The translations under genes and the position numbers were made by a program. The notes below the pieces were generated by a model. The model had not been told where the DNA came from, did not search any database, and worked only from the letters and a program-made list of their open reading frames with translations. A stretch of DNA of 63,802 nucleotides, filler included, from Nemertoderma westbladi (lineage: Eukaryota; Animalia; Xenacoelomorpha), in NCBI GenBank assembly GCA_032718475.1. It is 3 parts of 3 records of this genome, joined end to end, with 100 filler letters (N's around TTAATTAATTAA, not from the genome) between each part and the next. Parts side by side here need not be neighbours in the genome. Positions count along the whole stretch, not along the records: positions 27,489 to 56,875 come from JAUCBJ010003311.1; positions 56,976 to 63,802 come from JAUCBJ010004060.1; 1 more part is not named here. One strand, written 5' to 3'. Positions 47,601 to 62,230 of the stretch are shown here, one piece after another (position 1 is the first letter of the stretch; the number at the start of each line of letters is the position of its first letter).

Positions 47601-50600
47601 GTAGCTGTTATCGTATTGTAAGTTTTAGAGGCTGATTTTCAACTGTCCGTGGATGTTTTCTTTGTGGGGTTAACAAACTTAGGGGGAGGAGCCCTTCGAT
47701 TTGATTTACCTTGACTACTATGCTTGTACTCGTTTTGAGAATTTGCGTCACTATAGTACACACTTTTGCATCCCTCGGCGTCTGTATCAGAGCAATCGGA
47801 GGGACACTCCTCATAATTAGTGACGTAGGCATACCGCCTTTTGGTTGTCGCTTTATCGGTACCCTTTGCGTCAGAACGGGTGCTCTTTTCCCGATTCATG
47901 GTGATGAGATAGGTAGAGGTTTCTGCCTTTTAGAAACTTCTGAATGAGTCCATATCTGGGAAGCATCTATGCTTGAGTTTATAGTTATACGTATATCTAT
48001 CCCATCTGGTTCCCGTGGAGCCCTTGGGCAATGCACTAGAAACAAACTGGACCGTCATAATAGTATCGTATACTTGTTTCTGCCCAAGCCAATCAAGCTG
48101 GCGACAGATTTCCTCCACTTCATCCCTAAACTCTACCATCCCGTTTTGAGTGGATCTGTTTTTAGAGATTAATCTGTCATACATGTTACGTGCCAAACTT
48201 TCTTCGTTTCCATACCGCTCCTTTAAGGTATCCCAAACAGTGTTAATGCCGTCTACATGGCCCACACATCTGCCTGTTGCCTGATGCGGCCATCTGTTTT
48301 GGGGGTCCCTCCAGACAGCTTATTAGGTATCTAAGCTTTTCACGTTTGCTTAGTGGGGACTCGAGAATACTATCTTTACAGAATTCTGCAGAGGGTAGCC
48401 ACTTCAGTTCGTCGCCATCAAATTTTAAAATTTGACCCGAGGAGACACACTGTCGGGCTTCATTCCTAGCCATATATCTGGTTAAGTCAGCTTGTACTCC
48501 CGAAGAATTTAACATAATTTCTGTTAAATGCGAACTTTGGTCGTTCTGATATGCCGTGTTTTCGGCATGGATGCCACTCACATCTGAGGCACGTTTCAGA
48601 ATTTTTACGCCCTGTGACGCTGCTTGCGGGTCTGCTTTCCTATTTATTATTGTGATTGGTCTTGCATTAAGGCTATTTGTTGTTCTAAGTTATCAGTCCT
48701 TAATGCTAGAGACTCGTTTTCATGAGACAAGGAATCCTTTCTTTGTAACAAAGAATCAATGATTTCTCGTGAGTCATTGTTGTCCAGGGGTCTGGGTTGT
48801 CTGACTTCTGGCACACGATTGTGAGTGTTCTGTAGGTTGGGGTCTAACGGGGGTACATAGGCCTCTGTATGTGTAATAAGGTCACCTTGGGGAAGCACCT
48901 CAATGGGAGCGTCTGGCGCAAACCTGACACTACCTCTGGGGTAAGTCCTTCCCTGTCCGTCACTTTGAATTGGCATCCCCCCGCCGGATGACAACGGCGC
49001 TCCTGGTCCCGGATGCCGGGTCCCCACTATTACCGGCGCACTAGCAGCCAAGTGGGTCGATCCGGGAGCCAGGTGCCTGCCATCCGGTAGGTTTCGCTGA
49101 CTATAATAGACGGTTGAGCGAGGATTTATCTCCGCTTTCGTTATTGGGGATATATTTGTGTTGAATGACACCCTTTCATCCCTTGTCTTAGCTAAAGTGC
49201 TAGACAGGTAGTTAGGCTTGGGAGGTTCTGGGCAATCCATACGAGGAATATGGTTCGAGATGGGGCCTATTGGTGGTATAATATCTCTATCGCGGTAAGG
49301 GGTTGCCGCTATAGTTGGGTGTGGAACTACTACTGGGTCAATTGGCTCGGCTGATACACTACACGATGGGGGTGCTACCATCTGGGATGGCTTCCGTTCC
49401 CGTGGATCTATATAGATCTTGAACCCAGGATCATTCGGCTCATCTTCCTCCTGTAACCTACCCAGTGGGGGCCGTGAATCCAGCGATCTCAGGTGGTTTA
49501 AATCAGTTGGCTCTGGGGGCATCCTGTCTTTTATATGGAGGCAGGTCCAGCAGTGCCACTCTAACAGCTCTCTTTCGTAGAGTAGCTACCACTTTCACTA
49601 GCGTCGGTGGGGTTTCCTTCATCCGACGAAGCATAAGTCCCTTTATACTGTCTATCTCATCCTTGGTTTGAACCTAACTTTTCCTTGCGCTGATTTTCAC
49701 TCAACCGTTTCAGTGCTATTTGATTTGGTAGAGCTATGTCGGCTTCTAAGTGTTCATTATTTTGCTGCTCAACTTCTAACTGTAACTCATTACGTCGCTG
49801 TTCAGCCTCTAACCGCAACTCACCACGTCGCCGCTCAGCATCATTTCGTCGCTGGTTTGCGCTCAACTATAATTCCATTCCTAATATTTCCTTATCAGCT
49901 GCATGCTCTTCTACCTGTGCTTGTATGTCTCGCTCGGCTTCTATTCCTTCTAGAACTGTCATTGATTCAGGACTAGAAGGGGCTAAACCCTTTAACCTCC
50001 TACGTAGTTCAGCCTCTCCTATTATAGCTATGTAATACTGTAGGTGTCGTGATAAGGCGTCCATGCCTTCACCCTCGTCGGAATCTTCCGAATCTGTGCG
50101 CAAGTCTCGCGGTACTACTGTACCGGAACAAGCCACATCGACACCAGGGGGAATGGTTAACCAGCTACCACAGCTACTTCTGCTGCTGCTGACTATGGCA
50201 GCTAATTCGGCGTCATGATGTCTACTAGACACTTCCCAGGAGGCGGACAAGACTAGATGGATTCTGCAGACTAGTTCCTTGACTTTAAAGTATGCAGCTG
50301 GGTTAGGTCTAGGGTCAGGCTGTACAGTCTGTAACTCATGTGTAAGGGTTCCTATGCGCTGATTAAATTCAGTTACTTGGCTATAGACCAACGCAGATAG
50401 TTCTCCTGTGCTGCATGGGACTTGGGGAGCCTTTAACTTATATAAGTCAGCCCACGCCATGTCATTAAACCGGAAAAACCTATGAAGTTCCTGATGGTTA
50501 ATGTAAGTTTATCAGATGGTGCAATTCCTCCCCATAGTCTCCCTGTTCAGCAGCTACAGCTCCAGTGGTTATTCTTTGCTGGTAGCTGTCAATCTCCTCC

Positions 50601-50990
50601 AGCAGGCGAGCTAGTCTAGCCTGTGGGTGGACCGGGACTGTCTCGTCCGCTAAGTTCTGAGAAAGGGTGCTGTCGTCCAGAGGATGCAATTCCTCATTGT
50701 TGTTAGGTGAGGGGGCGAACATAATGGGGGATGTGTCCATAACTAACAGTGTTGGTGAACTTCTGTGATTTGTACAGGGTCAGTTGTGAGCGGTTCTACT
50801 TCCTCATTGTTCACAATCCCTCCAGTAAACTGCCTAGTTCTTATACGGGACCTGTGCCAAGATTTCTTACTAGGGATGGGTGGTGCAACTGAGTTAGTAG
50901 TAGGAAGAATTTCAGTAATTGGACAGTTATAGGTGGCGGACGTCGAGCAGATGGCCGGGTCTTGGTATCTGATCTTGAGTCATGTTAAGT
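44611..50990 (-). mobile_element. BEL/Pao family B element, decayed, RT and most of RNase H deleted
   Basis: gag (KFDGDELKW, KLRYLISCLEG, LKERYG, zinc knuckles), protease VNALMDTGS, then a jump to YVTNRV...NPADIASRG, then integrase GVDLFGP / DKGTNF / WERL / LNSRPL. The 5' boundary is approximate. Confidence 0.9.
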
Positions 50991-53900
50991 CAATAGAATC
51001 TTTACACAAGCTAAGTATAGTAGCTACAAATAGATTTTAACTAAGTATTATTTCTGTAAAGCAAAGAATTAATCGTTAGCGGTATTTTCTATTTGCGCCA
51101 CCTAGAGAATAAATAATTTGACTGTTTTGGGAAATACAATGGTTTTTTGCTCCCGCTGGGTGGCTTTATTTTCAACAAATTAAAACGCCCTGCTAAAGGA
51201 AACGGGAGTAACAAGTATCACAGAAGCCTTTATGCAATTCCAGTCTCTCCGCTAGTAGTCGCTGTCTACAGTGATTCCAGTAGATGCTGTCCATTGCTGT
51301 CTACTTAATGATGGTATTCAAGAATGTCAGGTATGAGTTATTGTTTAATGAGAGGTGTGGAGATCTGGGTTCCACAAATTGGATAAGCCAATGAATGTAA
51401 ATAATATCCAACCACCGTTGTGTATTATTGGTGACAGGGATGAATTGTGTCTTGATGTACAAGGCGAGTTAGCAGCAGCAATGCTGGGAACGGAATTTGG
51501 TATGTCGCGACTAGGTAGGTTAGACAAAGGGGTTTTAGTCTGAGTTGAAGCCGTTTGGCGACAAGCTGTCTGGTATGGTATGTCGTCGTGGGGCGAGATG
51601 TAAATCGCCATGGGGTGGATCAAATTGGGGGTCGCAATAAATCACTGGCACTTAAATAATGTGCGAAGTTTGTTTGTCAATCTCAAGCACGAATGCTACT
51701 GAGGTTATTCCTGCAAATAATGTCGTTATAAATAAATATATGTGTCTGAAGTCGCCTGCAATCCAAACAAATTACTATGTTCAGAATGTAATTAGCGTGG
51801 GTGTCTGTTCCCTTGAACTAAATACAAGGATTAATATGCGTCGATATCTGGCCGGTTTTTTACCTGTTAAACAAACAGTTTAATGGCCTAGAGAAGAATG
51901 TAATAATTAAGTAATGATGGTACGTAGGTAGTAAAACGTACTTACGGTATATGGGGGTTTGCAACACTATGTTGCAAGTTTATAATAATAAACAGTTAGT
52001 TAGTACAACAGTAATATGTACGTACAGTAAAACAATAAAAATATATGTACCGGGTTACTTAGTTGCGTCCGTTACACACCGCTTAAATACCAATTAAATT
52101 ATTAAGCTACGGTAATGAGTGTAGTAATTTATCTGCAATTAATCGTTTCACACGCAGTATGTCCTCACACTCCCTCGGGTGTTTTGGATTCACACTGACT
52201 TCGCAAACTGACGACTAATAATGTTAAATTAAACCACAGCCACACAAGCAGACTCTTTAACTCAATTAGTGATTTTCACGAATATGCACCTGCAATAACT
52301 GCATTCGCACAATACTGCACAACAAATTTCACAAATGCTAGTATAATATTGTAACACATCAAACCAAACTACAGTATCACACCAAATAATCGCGGGATTA
52401 TCAATATTATCTTTTGTCAATAACGCTCCCCCTGTTTTGCAACTTTACGCTTCACGTGCCGCCGGCCTACGATTTTACGCCTCCCTCGGGGAACATAGGT
52501 TTTACAGCTCACGTTCGGAGAATTTACACGTTGTGTACAATGTAATGTTTCAAATCCTTTAACAATTCGTCGACAAAGCATTCAGTTCTCAATATCAAAT
52601 AAAATAGAATCATACGCAAATAACACAACACCTGTTCTACGCGCAATTGAAGTAGTTTATTTACACGGAAGCCGCTGTGCGAAGTAGGTATAATAAAACT
52701 GCAGTTTTTATCATAGTCCACCACCACAGCACACTTGATGTTCGAGATGTTAATGTAACTAAATGTAATATAACACTGCCTTAGGGACAATGTTTGGAAG
52801 AGTATTTTACTGTCCGGGAGGCAGTAAATTGGAAGCAAGTATTTTACTGTCAAGGCGTTTATGGGAGGCTAACCTGAAAATGCCTAGCAAGCCGTTATGT
52901 AGTTCTTATGAGTGTTATCAATGCCTCGGGATACCTGCCGCATAGCAGGAACACTCACGAAAGTGTGGGGGTATATATATATTATCTAATATATATATCT
53001 TAATGAGATCTAGAATTAGTTACTGTAAGTATAAAGCCTCAGCACTTACAAACTGCTTCAAAGGGGTGCGATAGTTACGTGTAAACCGTTCCGTTATATT
53101 GTGTTGTTGGCTAGTAAATGTACGTATGACTTACATATATCACAGGTAGGACACTACGTTGGCCTAGTGCGTGATAAGCGCACGGTTTACTCGAATCACT
53201 TGCTTTGCTGGTAAATAATAGTTACTAGTTGGGAATAATATAGCAGTACTATGGACACACACATTCGCATTAAATGAACCGAATCTTATTACTGACAGGG
53301 CGCAATATACACTCACGGTGTGGAAATCGAGTTGGTCTGATCTCTGGTCCAATATATTCATCAACAAGTAATGCAATAATAGTAAATGCAAACATAAGTT
53401 ATAAATTGCAAATGATTAGTGATTAGTTATCAAATTAGCAAGTGATTAGGTAAAATATTGCACGCCACTGTAACTAACGTGGCTTGCTGGGCTATAAAAT
53501 TGATGTAAAGTACCTGAAGATGGTATCAGGTTAAGCCTATCGTGTCAAGGTGGACAGCAGATTATATATGGATACAAACAATGCTCAGTGAAAATAGAAC
53601 AGCCAATAAGACGCAAGAATACCGGCTTCGGTAGTTACCAATGAGAGTTCAGTAATACCACAACTGTTGTTAGGCAACATATAAACAACTTTATGGGCTA
53701 TTCAATACACAAGAAGCACAAATATTATATGCACTGAAACCGAATAATAATCTGATAAAAATATAAGATTTCTGTATACAGTTAGCATTGGCAGCAAAAC
53801 ACGGGTGGTTAAATGGCACCTAATTCTCTACGATAAATCTCTGTGTTTGGTAGGGCAATTTGAAAATGTGTCTTACATTAATGTTTCATGAACTATAAAT

Positions 53901-54663
53901 AAAATAAAACATCTGAATTATATTAAAAACTTTCAAAATAATAGCACCAAATATGTCGTTAGACTTGATTACTGTAAGAAAAAAAAGATACTGACTACTA
54001 CTGGCTACTGATCTAGAGCAAAAACGGCTCTAACGATTTTGATGAAATTTTGCATGGACCGTGATAATAGATTTCTAATGGTACTTGTGAAATCGCGGTT
54101 TAAATTGAAACATCTCAACTTGTTTTATTTCGAAAAATAGCCCCAAAACACGAAAATTGCCATAGGCGCAATGATAAAACACCAGCTGGCACTCATGAAA
54201 TATGTATAGAGATGTCCTGGTCATGCATTCAATAGGAAGGGCAACTAACAAAGAAGTACTTTCTGTGCCAAGTATTATCACTCTACTCTATCCAAATTTT
54301 GCCATTTTTTGGTCAAAAATATGCTGATAATTTTTTTCAAATCAGTTTCTAGAAATTTTGCCAGTACATATTGAACAGCCAATGCAATGCTACCTGAAAC
54401 TGAAAACAGAATTGAAATTCATTGATAAATGACAAAAGTAGTAGCAGTTTATGTGAAAAAATTTCACTTACTGAGAAAAATGGGTTCAAAGTGAAAAGTG
54501 CTAAATTTTGCTTATAATAATCTATATCTCAAGAAGTAGTTCGATCTAGAGCATGAAATCGGTGCCTATACCCACTAATTCGGTCACTGCGGATTCAAAA
54601 ATAACAATCTCAGCCCGTGGTAGCCCAGCAAAGTCACATCCTTCGAAATTGCTACTATACAGT

Positions 54664-56875
54664 CCCGCTCTCAAAAAGCATTCCTTTGATCAAACATTGA
54701 TCAAACATTGATCAAAGTTTGATCAAAATGTGTCCATAGAATATCATTGAAAGTAGCATTGACATTGAAATGACATTGATGGCATATTGAAATGACCTTG
54801 AAATCGATGGACCGAAATTCCAGACTTTCTGTCTCATATTGAAATGACATTGAAATGATTTCAAGGTAACAGTTTACATCGCCCTTCTGCGGCATACCTT
54901 TGAACTCAGATTCCCGCCGAGAACTGGCTTTTGTTAATGGCCAAGCCGCGATGTGATTGACAGGGCGGTGGATGGAGCTTGCTTGACTTTGTGGATGGAC
55001 AGCGATTGGATTTACATGGCGGTGTTGTGGTAGTGTCCCAGACTGAGTTTTGTTCTTGTAGGGCAGGGCCTATTATTACACCAACAACTAGTTCAGAAAA
55101 ACAGCCTTTGGAATATTTTTAATTTATTGTTATATTAGAAATTGTTTCAATGTTCCTTAAATCAGAATCAAGGCCAAAGACCTCCATTGACCTAGCAGCG
55201 CGATGGCTGCCGTTGCATTGCATTTGCTTATACAGTAATTGTGTAAATTCGACAAGCTTCCTGCCTGCCCCTGTCTCTAATTATACTAATAAATGTAAAT
55301 AAATAAATCCAAGCGCCAGCGCCAATCTAAATTTTTCTATCTTCTTTTCCGTTAAGATTTTTCTACCTTCTAAATTTTTAGCAGGTCTTTTAGCGGGTGC
55401 CCCTAAAATACCTTCTAAAAATTTACGTAATTTAATTTTAATACTCTGATAAGGTAATTTTATTGAAAACCTAATTTGTTTTAAAGTACACTATGTTATG
55501 TACAATGTACATCATTAGTTACGTATTTTTTAATTAAGTTTAACGTATTGTAATTATAATTTTTTAAATATTAAAAATCAAATTGGGTTAGTAATACTTA
55601 TTCAATTATGCTCATTCATTTTTAATTAATGGAGGGTTTTAACCATCCGGCCGACAAACCACACTTTTGCTCACAGGTCGTTGTAAGACAAGGCATCAAT
55701 ATAACCCCAGTGAACCCATACCCTCTCTTGGTGTGGACTATTACTATATCATTGTACAAGCTGCGGACCTGCACCACCCCCCCCCCCCCCCCCCCCCCAT
55801 TATAATGTGTTGTAGCCATCCACCCAACCCATTGCGTAACTCAGAATTAAACTCCACACAGCACAGCCCATACCTGCCATTGCTTTCATTACGCCACATC
55901 GCCAAGTGGAGATTCAATTGTAAATTATTATAATCATTATTAGATTGACAACACAGTGTTGTGGTAGTGTACCAGTACCAGACTGAGTCTTGTAATAGGC
56001 CCCACTAACAACTCCGGGCTACGTTCTGAAATACAGCCTCTGGAATATTATTAAATTATTTTCTTTAGAAATTATTCACTAGAAAGCCAGTCTGTCAATT
56101 TAATCGTCCAGTATCAATTCCCGCGGGCTAATACAATTTATTTTCGGGCTAAGGATGCCCTGCCCACTGGCTAAGAACGCTTGCGGGTAAACGATTCCCA
56201 TTTTGTGGGCTAAGAATTCCCGCGGGCTAAGTCATCACCCAACCGAACATACAGTTCACTGTAACTGCTTTACTCGCATCTCTGTAACAACAACCCAAAT
56301 GCTGTGATTCACAGTATGCGATTTCACCGTGCTGTCACCGCAAGTGTATCTGAGAACAGGCCCATTACTGGTACAGCTACAATTAGTTTCCACATACAAT
56401 TACACAATACACTACATACAATAACGTAAACAATACACATACAATTAGTTCAGAATTAAACTCCACACAGCCCCTACCCGCCCTTGCTTTCATTACCACC
56501 ACACCGCCAAGTGGAGATTCAATTGCGGCTGTTATTTTCTGATAATCACTGTAAATTATTATAACCTAGGCGGTCCGGTTTAAATAACGGCTATAGCGTA
56601 CAAACCTATGGTATGATATGGACGTGGTGTCCTGTGGGATCGTCAGACATCCTACAGAGCACATAGAGCATTACACACACAGGGAGAGCGAGAGAGAGAG
56701 AGAGAGGGCTGCTTGATTGACACACGGCCCAGTGGGAATCTAGACTTTGAAGTGCACCGCCTTTGGTAGAACTCAATGGTAGGATTTATAAGCCTGGTTC
56801 ATTTCAATATTTGATCAAACTTTGATCAATGTTTGATCAAAGTTTGATCAATGTTTGATCAAAGGAATGCTTTTT
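54664..56875. mobile_element. Non-autonomous DNA transposon with CCC terminus and 11-bp subterminal repeats (EnSpm/CMC-like); right end runs into gap
   Basis: aaaaagcattcctttgatcaaacattgatcaaa... (54673-54729) is inverted at 56808-56875. Internal duplications: 55020-55145 vs 55955-56075, and 55840-55935 vs 56450-56560. Confidence 0.65.
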
Positions 56876-56975
56876 NNNNNNNNNNNNNNNNNNNNNNNNN
56901 NNNNNNNNNNNNNNNNNNNTTAATTAATTAANNNNNNNNNNNNNNNNNNNNNNNNNNNNNNNNNNNNNNNNNNNN
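56876..56975. other. Assembly gap with TTAATTAATTAA linker
   Basis: Same layout as the first gap. Confidence 0.97.
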
Positions 56976-58282
56976 CCTACTGCTATATTACAGTTTAAGC
57001 AAGTCTAGTAATTCAGTATCACTGTTAGTCTAGTAATTAATTACCGATACTGCTACTCAGTGTAGCATGATATATATATAATATATTAGAATACCGGTAT
57101 GCTTATAGTATATATATAAGTATTATTACAGACTAGGTTTGTCACAGAATACTGGTATATAATTCCAGCACAAATATATATAAATATATAATAGGCCTAT
57201 CGTGGATACCGGTATGCAGTTTACACTTATAGTATATATAAGTATAATTATTAACTAGAATTAATTACAGAATACCGGTATAATTTCAGCCTAAATTTAT
57301 AAATATATAATAGGCCTATCGTGAATACCGGTATGTCAATTATTTTAAATAATTGAATTTCTGAATTTTAAGGGTTACTTGGTTACTTTAACTTACTTTA
57401 TTACCGTTATTTGAGCAGTAGTCCAACTGATATTGAGACCTAATTGTTGTATGGCAGGCCTACTATTTATAAATCAGTTTGAGTTGATTTATAATATATA
57501 TACCCTTATAATGGGTTTTGTCAATATTTGAAATAAATGTTATTATTTCTGGGGAGGAGTCACTACACAGAAGCTGTGCGCTCTCAGTGAAGTGCTACTT
57601 GTTGGACACTAAAACAAATAATTCTAATTTACCTAAGTTAATTAATACTACAAATTACGTACAATTTTGGGTGAGATTACAATCTCTAAATAAACAGAAA
57701 AATTATAAGTACGAATTTTTAGGGTAATTTTACAAGAAGTCTACAAACCAGCCTAACAAAGTGTTAGATTATCTGGTTATTACAACGAACAGGGTACTAC
57801 GGTATTTGAAAATAATAAGTAGTAGTAAATATACTGCGTCGTCCAGATAGGAAAATACCACCGTCTGACGACTTATAGCTGTATCGCTATAAGTACTACG
57901 TTATGTATCACGGAGTGTTCCTACCTAGAAGTTAATTACCGCGGTCTACCAGAACCAACGTGCCTATTAACCACTTTACAACACAAATATACTACCTACA
58001 CACTGATTACCTTCGGAAAGCACTGTACACTAAACCCCAAATTAGGTACAAGTACTTATACAACAAATAATCGGTAGTTAAAAATACTTGAACAGCCAAA
58101 AGAACCACGGTATCTGCTGGAGTGACCGGGGCACAAAATCACCAGTCTTTACCTACGCCAAGCAGCCCTGATGTAGTACCGGGGTTAGTTTAACTATAAC
58201 GGTATATATAACAAGCACAATTACTGTAGGAATTAACTTGGGGATATGAATGTTGCGAATAATCGCATAAACTCTGAATAAT

Positions 58283-58851
58283 AAATATTACGCTACGCGT
58301 ACAGACTACTCAAACAAAATGCAGACCAAATACTGACAGACTACTGTCAAGCCCAAAACAAACTACGGTATATGCAGACTCCGAAATGGTTAGTTAGTAT
58401 GCGTTCTAACCGAGTAGTACGACTTATTCTTTCGAGGGGGTTTACCTCACAGCTCTGGAAGCCCCTACGTTCCCAACTGGCACTTTATCGGACATACACT
58501 CTACACACACCAAAATCTCCTCAGACCTAACAACAGCCAGACAAAATCCAGCCTACAAATTAACTAAGTAAGAAATATTACGCTACCCGTACAAACTACA
58601 CAAACAAAGTACAGACCAAATGCTGGCAGACTACTATCAAGCCTAAATACACTACAGTATATGCAGACTCCGAAATGGTTAGTTAGTTTGCGTTCTAACC
58701 CAGTAGTACGACTTATTCTTTCGAGGGGGTTCACCTCACAGCACTGGCAGCCCCTACTTTCCTAACTAGTACTTTTTCGGACATATGCTCTACACACACT
58801 ACAGTCCCTTCAGACTTAACAACAGTCAGACAACAGTCTAGCCTACAAATT
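58283..58851. repeat. Tandem duplication of a 290-bp unit
   Basis: Units start aaatattacgctac at 58283 and 58573. Confidence 0.9.
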
Positions 58852-60371
58852 GTCTGTACAATCCGAGCAGGTTTACACGCCTTCTGCTCAATATTGGCCT
58901 ACAAATAAATAAAACTTGACAGAAATAAGTAAAATCTCAATAAAAAACCAGGGCGGGCCCTCCCTGATTCAATATTAAGGCCTACCGGTATATAATTATC
59001 AAATCGAATAATACTGCTGTACCTGTACTGCTGTAGGTACCGGTCCGGGTGGTTAGGTAGTCAGGCCTACTGGGTACCGGTTGCCGGTACTTCAGCTTTA
59101 TTGCCTACTGCAATACAGAAGCTATATCTGTTATTGTTCTTACCAGAACAATATTAAACTGTATTTATTGCCTACCCTGCAATCCGAACTTTATATCTGT
59201 TATTGTTCGCGCTTTCAGACCTTTAGCAGTTTAACCTGCCAAATTGGGATGTCTTTTAGATGATAGATCGTCTTTAGCCTATGACAAGTATTTGATACAC
59301 TACATTAGCCGAAGCCAGTCTATGCGCGATCATTCACCCGCTGGATATACCCGGGAGACTGGATTCGGAAGCCTAACCGTATTGCGGGGTGTAGGCCTAC
59401 TGTATTATTCAACTGATCGTAATATATATAATCTCTGACAAATATTATTCACTTTCAGGAAATATTAACAGTTCCTTTAGGACGTGGCGCTTTAAATATA
59501 TAAACAGAGTTATGACTTAAACTAAACACAACGGGATGGCTATAGATTCACGTATATGGCGCATTCTTTAGGAGATGCTTTGTTATCAATCACAATCATA
59601 CACAATACTGCACAATGCTGCACACTGATCTGCCGACCTTCATTAATTTTAGTCACATATAAGGAGAACAACAGACAATACATGTAGGGCCTATAAAATA
59701 GCATTAGATTCACTTCAAACCACTTAATATAAGTCGCAATCGTTATATGTAACCAGTCTCTCTAACCTTTAGTATATCAAGAAGATTGGGGTGTCTGATT
59801 ATTTATCAGTATTCCAAATATAATATTCCATCAACAAATAATGAATAACCGACAGTAAATAGCAGTACAATGTTAAGATATGAATTGTTTAGTTATGAGT
59901 GAGTGAGTAAGGATTGTTTTGTATGATAACAGATATATGTTCTATAATTAAGCCTACTAATGTTGGGCTAAAGACTGAAACACGGAGGTTCCAAAGCCAG
60001 TGTTCTTAGGGTGTGGACAAAATCACATACTGACTCAACTCCACGAGTTTCTATATACAATCTCTAACGCAGAGGCAAAAAACGCTCTGATTGGTCGACC
60101 GAACAAAGAAGGAACAGAGAACAAAGAAAAGGCTCCACGTGTACAGCATCAGCTGTTAGCCGTCGTCATGGTAGCTACACTGTTTCAAGAGGATCCGGCG
60201 CATTGCGTCATAGAATTGCTAATTATGTCCGCTAAAGTACACATACAGAAGAAATGGCTTTTATGTCCTCTAAAACACCAGTACAGTAAGGACACGGCCT
60301 TTTATGCCTGTTAAACCAACTACAGAGTACTTTACGGGGAAAATAACCAGCCAATTCCGCAAAAGCCTTTA

Positions 60372-60640
60372 CAGGTGATCTTCCACAGTAAACCCGTCCA
60401 CTCTGCTTCCCAAAGGAATGCCTTTCCACCACCATGGGTGATCGTCCACAGTAAACCCGTCCACTCTGTCTCCCAAAGGAATGCCTGTTTACCACCATGG
60501 GTGATCTTCCACAGTAAACCCTTCCACTCTGTTTCCTAAAGCAATGCCTGTTCACCACCATGGGTGATCTTCCACAGTAAACTATTCCACTCTGTTTCCT
60601 AAAGGAATGCCAGTTCACCACCTTGGGTGATCTTCCACAA
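60372..60640. repeat. 63-bp minisatellite x~4.3
   Basis: Units of ggtgatcttccacagtaaacccgtccactctg...caccatg. Confidence 0.9.
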
Positions 60641-60789
60641 AGTAAAAGTAAAAAAAAGTAAATTTTCTTCGGCCGCTCGGCCAGAAAATGTTCTCACTAA
60701 ATGATGCATTTTCCACCAAATTAAATCAATTCGTAAATATATTTATAATATAGTTACGATTTATACAGTAGTCTATATAATTATATAGA

Positions 60790-61120
60790 AGTTACCAATT
60801 GAAAGAGAAAAGCAGGTTACAGGGTGGGTTTTTCTAACCAAAACAATAAACAATGATGTTACAAATTGGGGGAAAGGAGCAGGTTACAGAGGTAGGCTTT
60901 TATAACCAAAACAATAAACAATGTTATGTTGTTACCAATTGGGGGAAAGGAGCACGTTATAGAGGTAGTTTTATAATCAATACAATAAACAGTGTTGTTA
61001 CCAATTGGGGAAAAATATGAGCAGGTTAGGGAGGTTTATGACCAACAAAATACAATAAACAGTGTTGTTACCAATTGGGGAAAAATATGAGCAGGTTAGG
61101 GAGGTTTATTATGACCAACA
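60790..61120. repeat. ~65-75-bp tandem repeat x5
   Basis: Units of gttaccaattgggg...agcaggtta...acaataaaca. Confidence 0.8.
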
Positions 61121-62230
61121 AAGTGTACCGGTACCGGTACTTCGAATCCCAATGCCAATAAAAAATAGTTATGAATGATTTTTAGTGAATTTATGATTAA
61201 TTTTAGTGGAGAATGATTAAATTTAATGAAAAAACGCAATAAAAATAGTGGAAGAATGCGATTAATTTAAGTGATAAAAAAATTAATTGTGATTATAAAT
61301 TCGCGCCGCAGACGAAATTCGCTCCGCGCATCGCGATCGCGCTGCTTTATCTTAAAATTCGCATTAATAAGCCACATCCAACATCACAATTTTATTATAA
61401 ATTTGCAACAAAATGCAAATCAAAATTACTAAATTGGTCTGTTGGGAAATATGTTCTGATGTTGATGATGCAGACAAATGCTACGTAATTGACAGATTGG
61501 TAATCAGACAATAATGAATAACATGAGTAAGTATACCCAATTGAATGAAGTAAGAAAACGCGAGCGTAGCGAGCGGAGATTTTTACGATTAGGGTTACCG
61601 GTATTCTGTTATTGATGAGAAGAGCTGAAATGTAGTGTTGCTGAATAAAAAGATATCGAGAGTAACAAAATAGAGTGTTTTCTTAGGGGTATGTCATGTC
61701 ATGGTGACATACCAGCACTCCCTAAATCCGCCACAGGTTACTTACTGTACTGCTGTACTGGTACCATACTACTATACTGTACTGGTACCATACTTGTCTG
61801 TACATTACTTATGTACTTTTACTTTACATATTCTACCCCATTCCTGATTTCCTGTGCTCCGATCAGCTGATTGTCTAAGCAGCAATGTATTATTATTGTC
61901 ACCGCCAGACAGCCAGACCGCTGCCGATATGCAATACAAAGTATTTTTGATTAGTAGGCCTAATACATAGGCCTACTCACTCACCTCACATACTGACATA
62001 GGCCTACGCAAACAGAGTAGAGTACTGGAGTAGGCTACTGGGCTACTGGCTGACTTGCTAACAATTACAGAATTAACAAACACATACCGGTACCCGTAGA
62101 CCAGTAGACGTAGAGCCGTACGCAAACAATTAATACGGTAATACTGTAATAGGCCTAGTCAAAACCCAATATCAGATAATAATTATAAATTTGTAGACCT
62201 GTAGTCCTGTAGACTGTAGCCTATTTTCAG

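Noticed and set aside
60232-60621. 129-aa repetitive ORF (SGRVYCGRSPMVV)
   Set aside because: It arises from a 63-bp minisatellite, lacks an ATG at the track start and has no recognisable domain.
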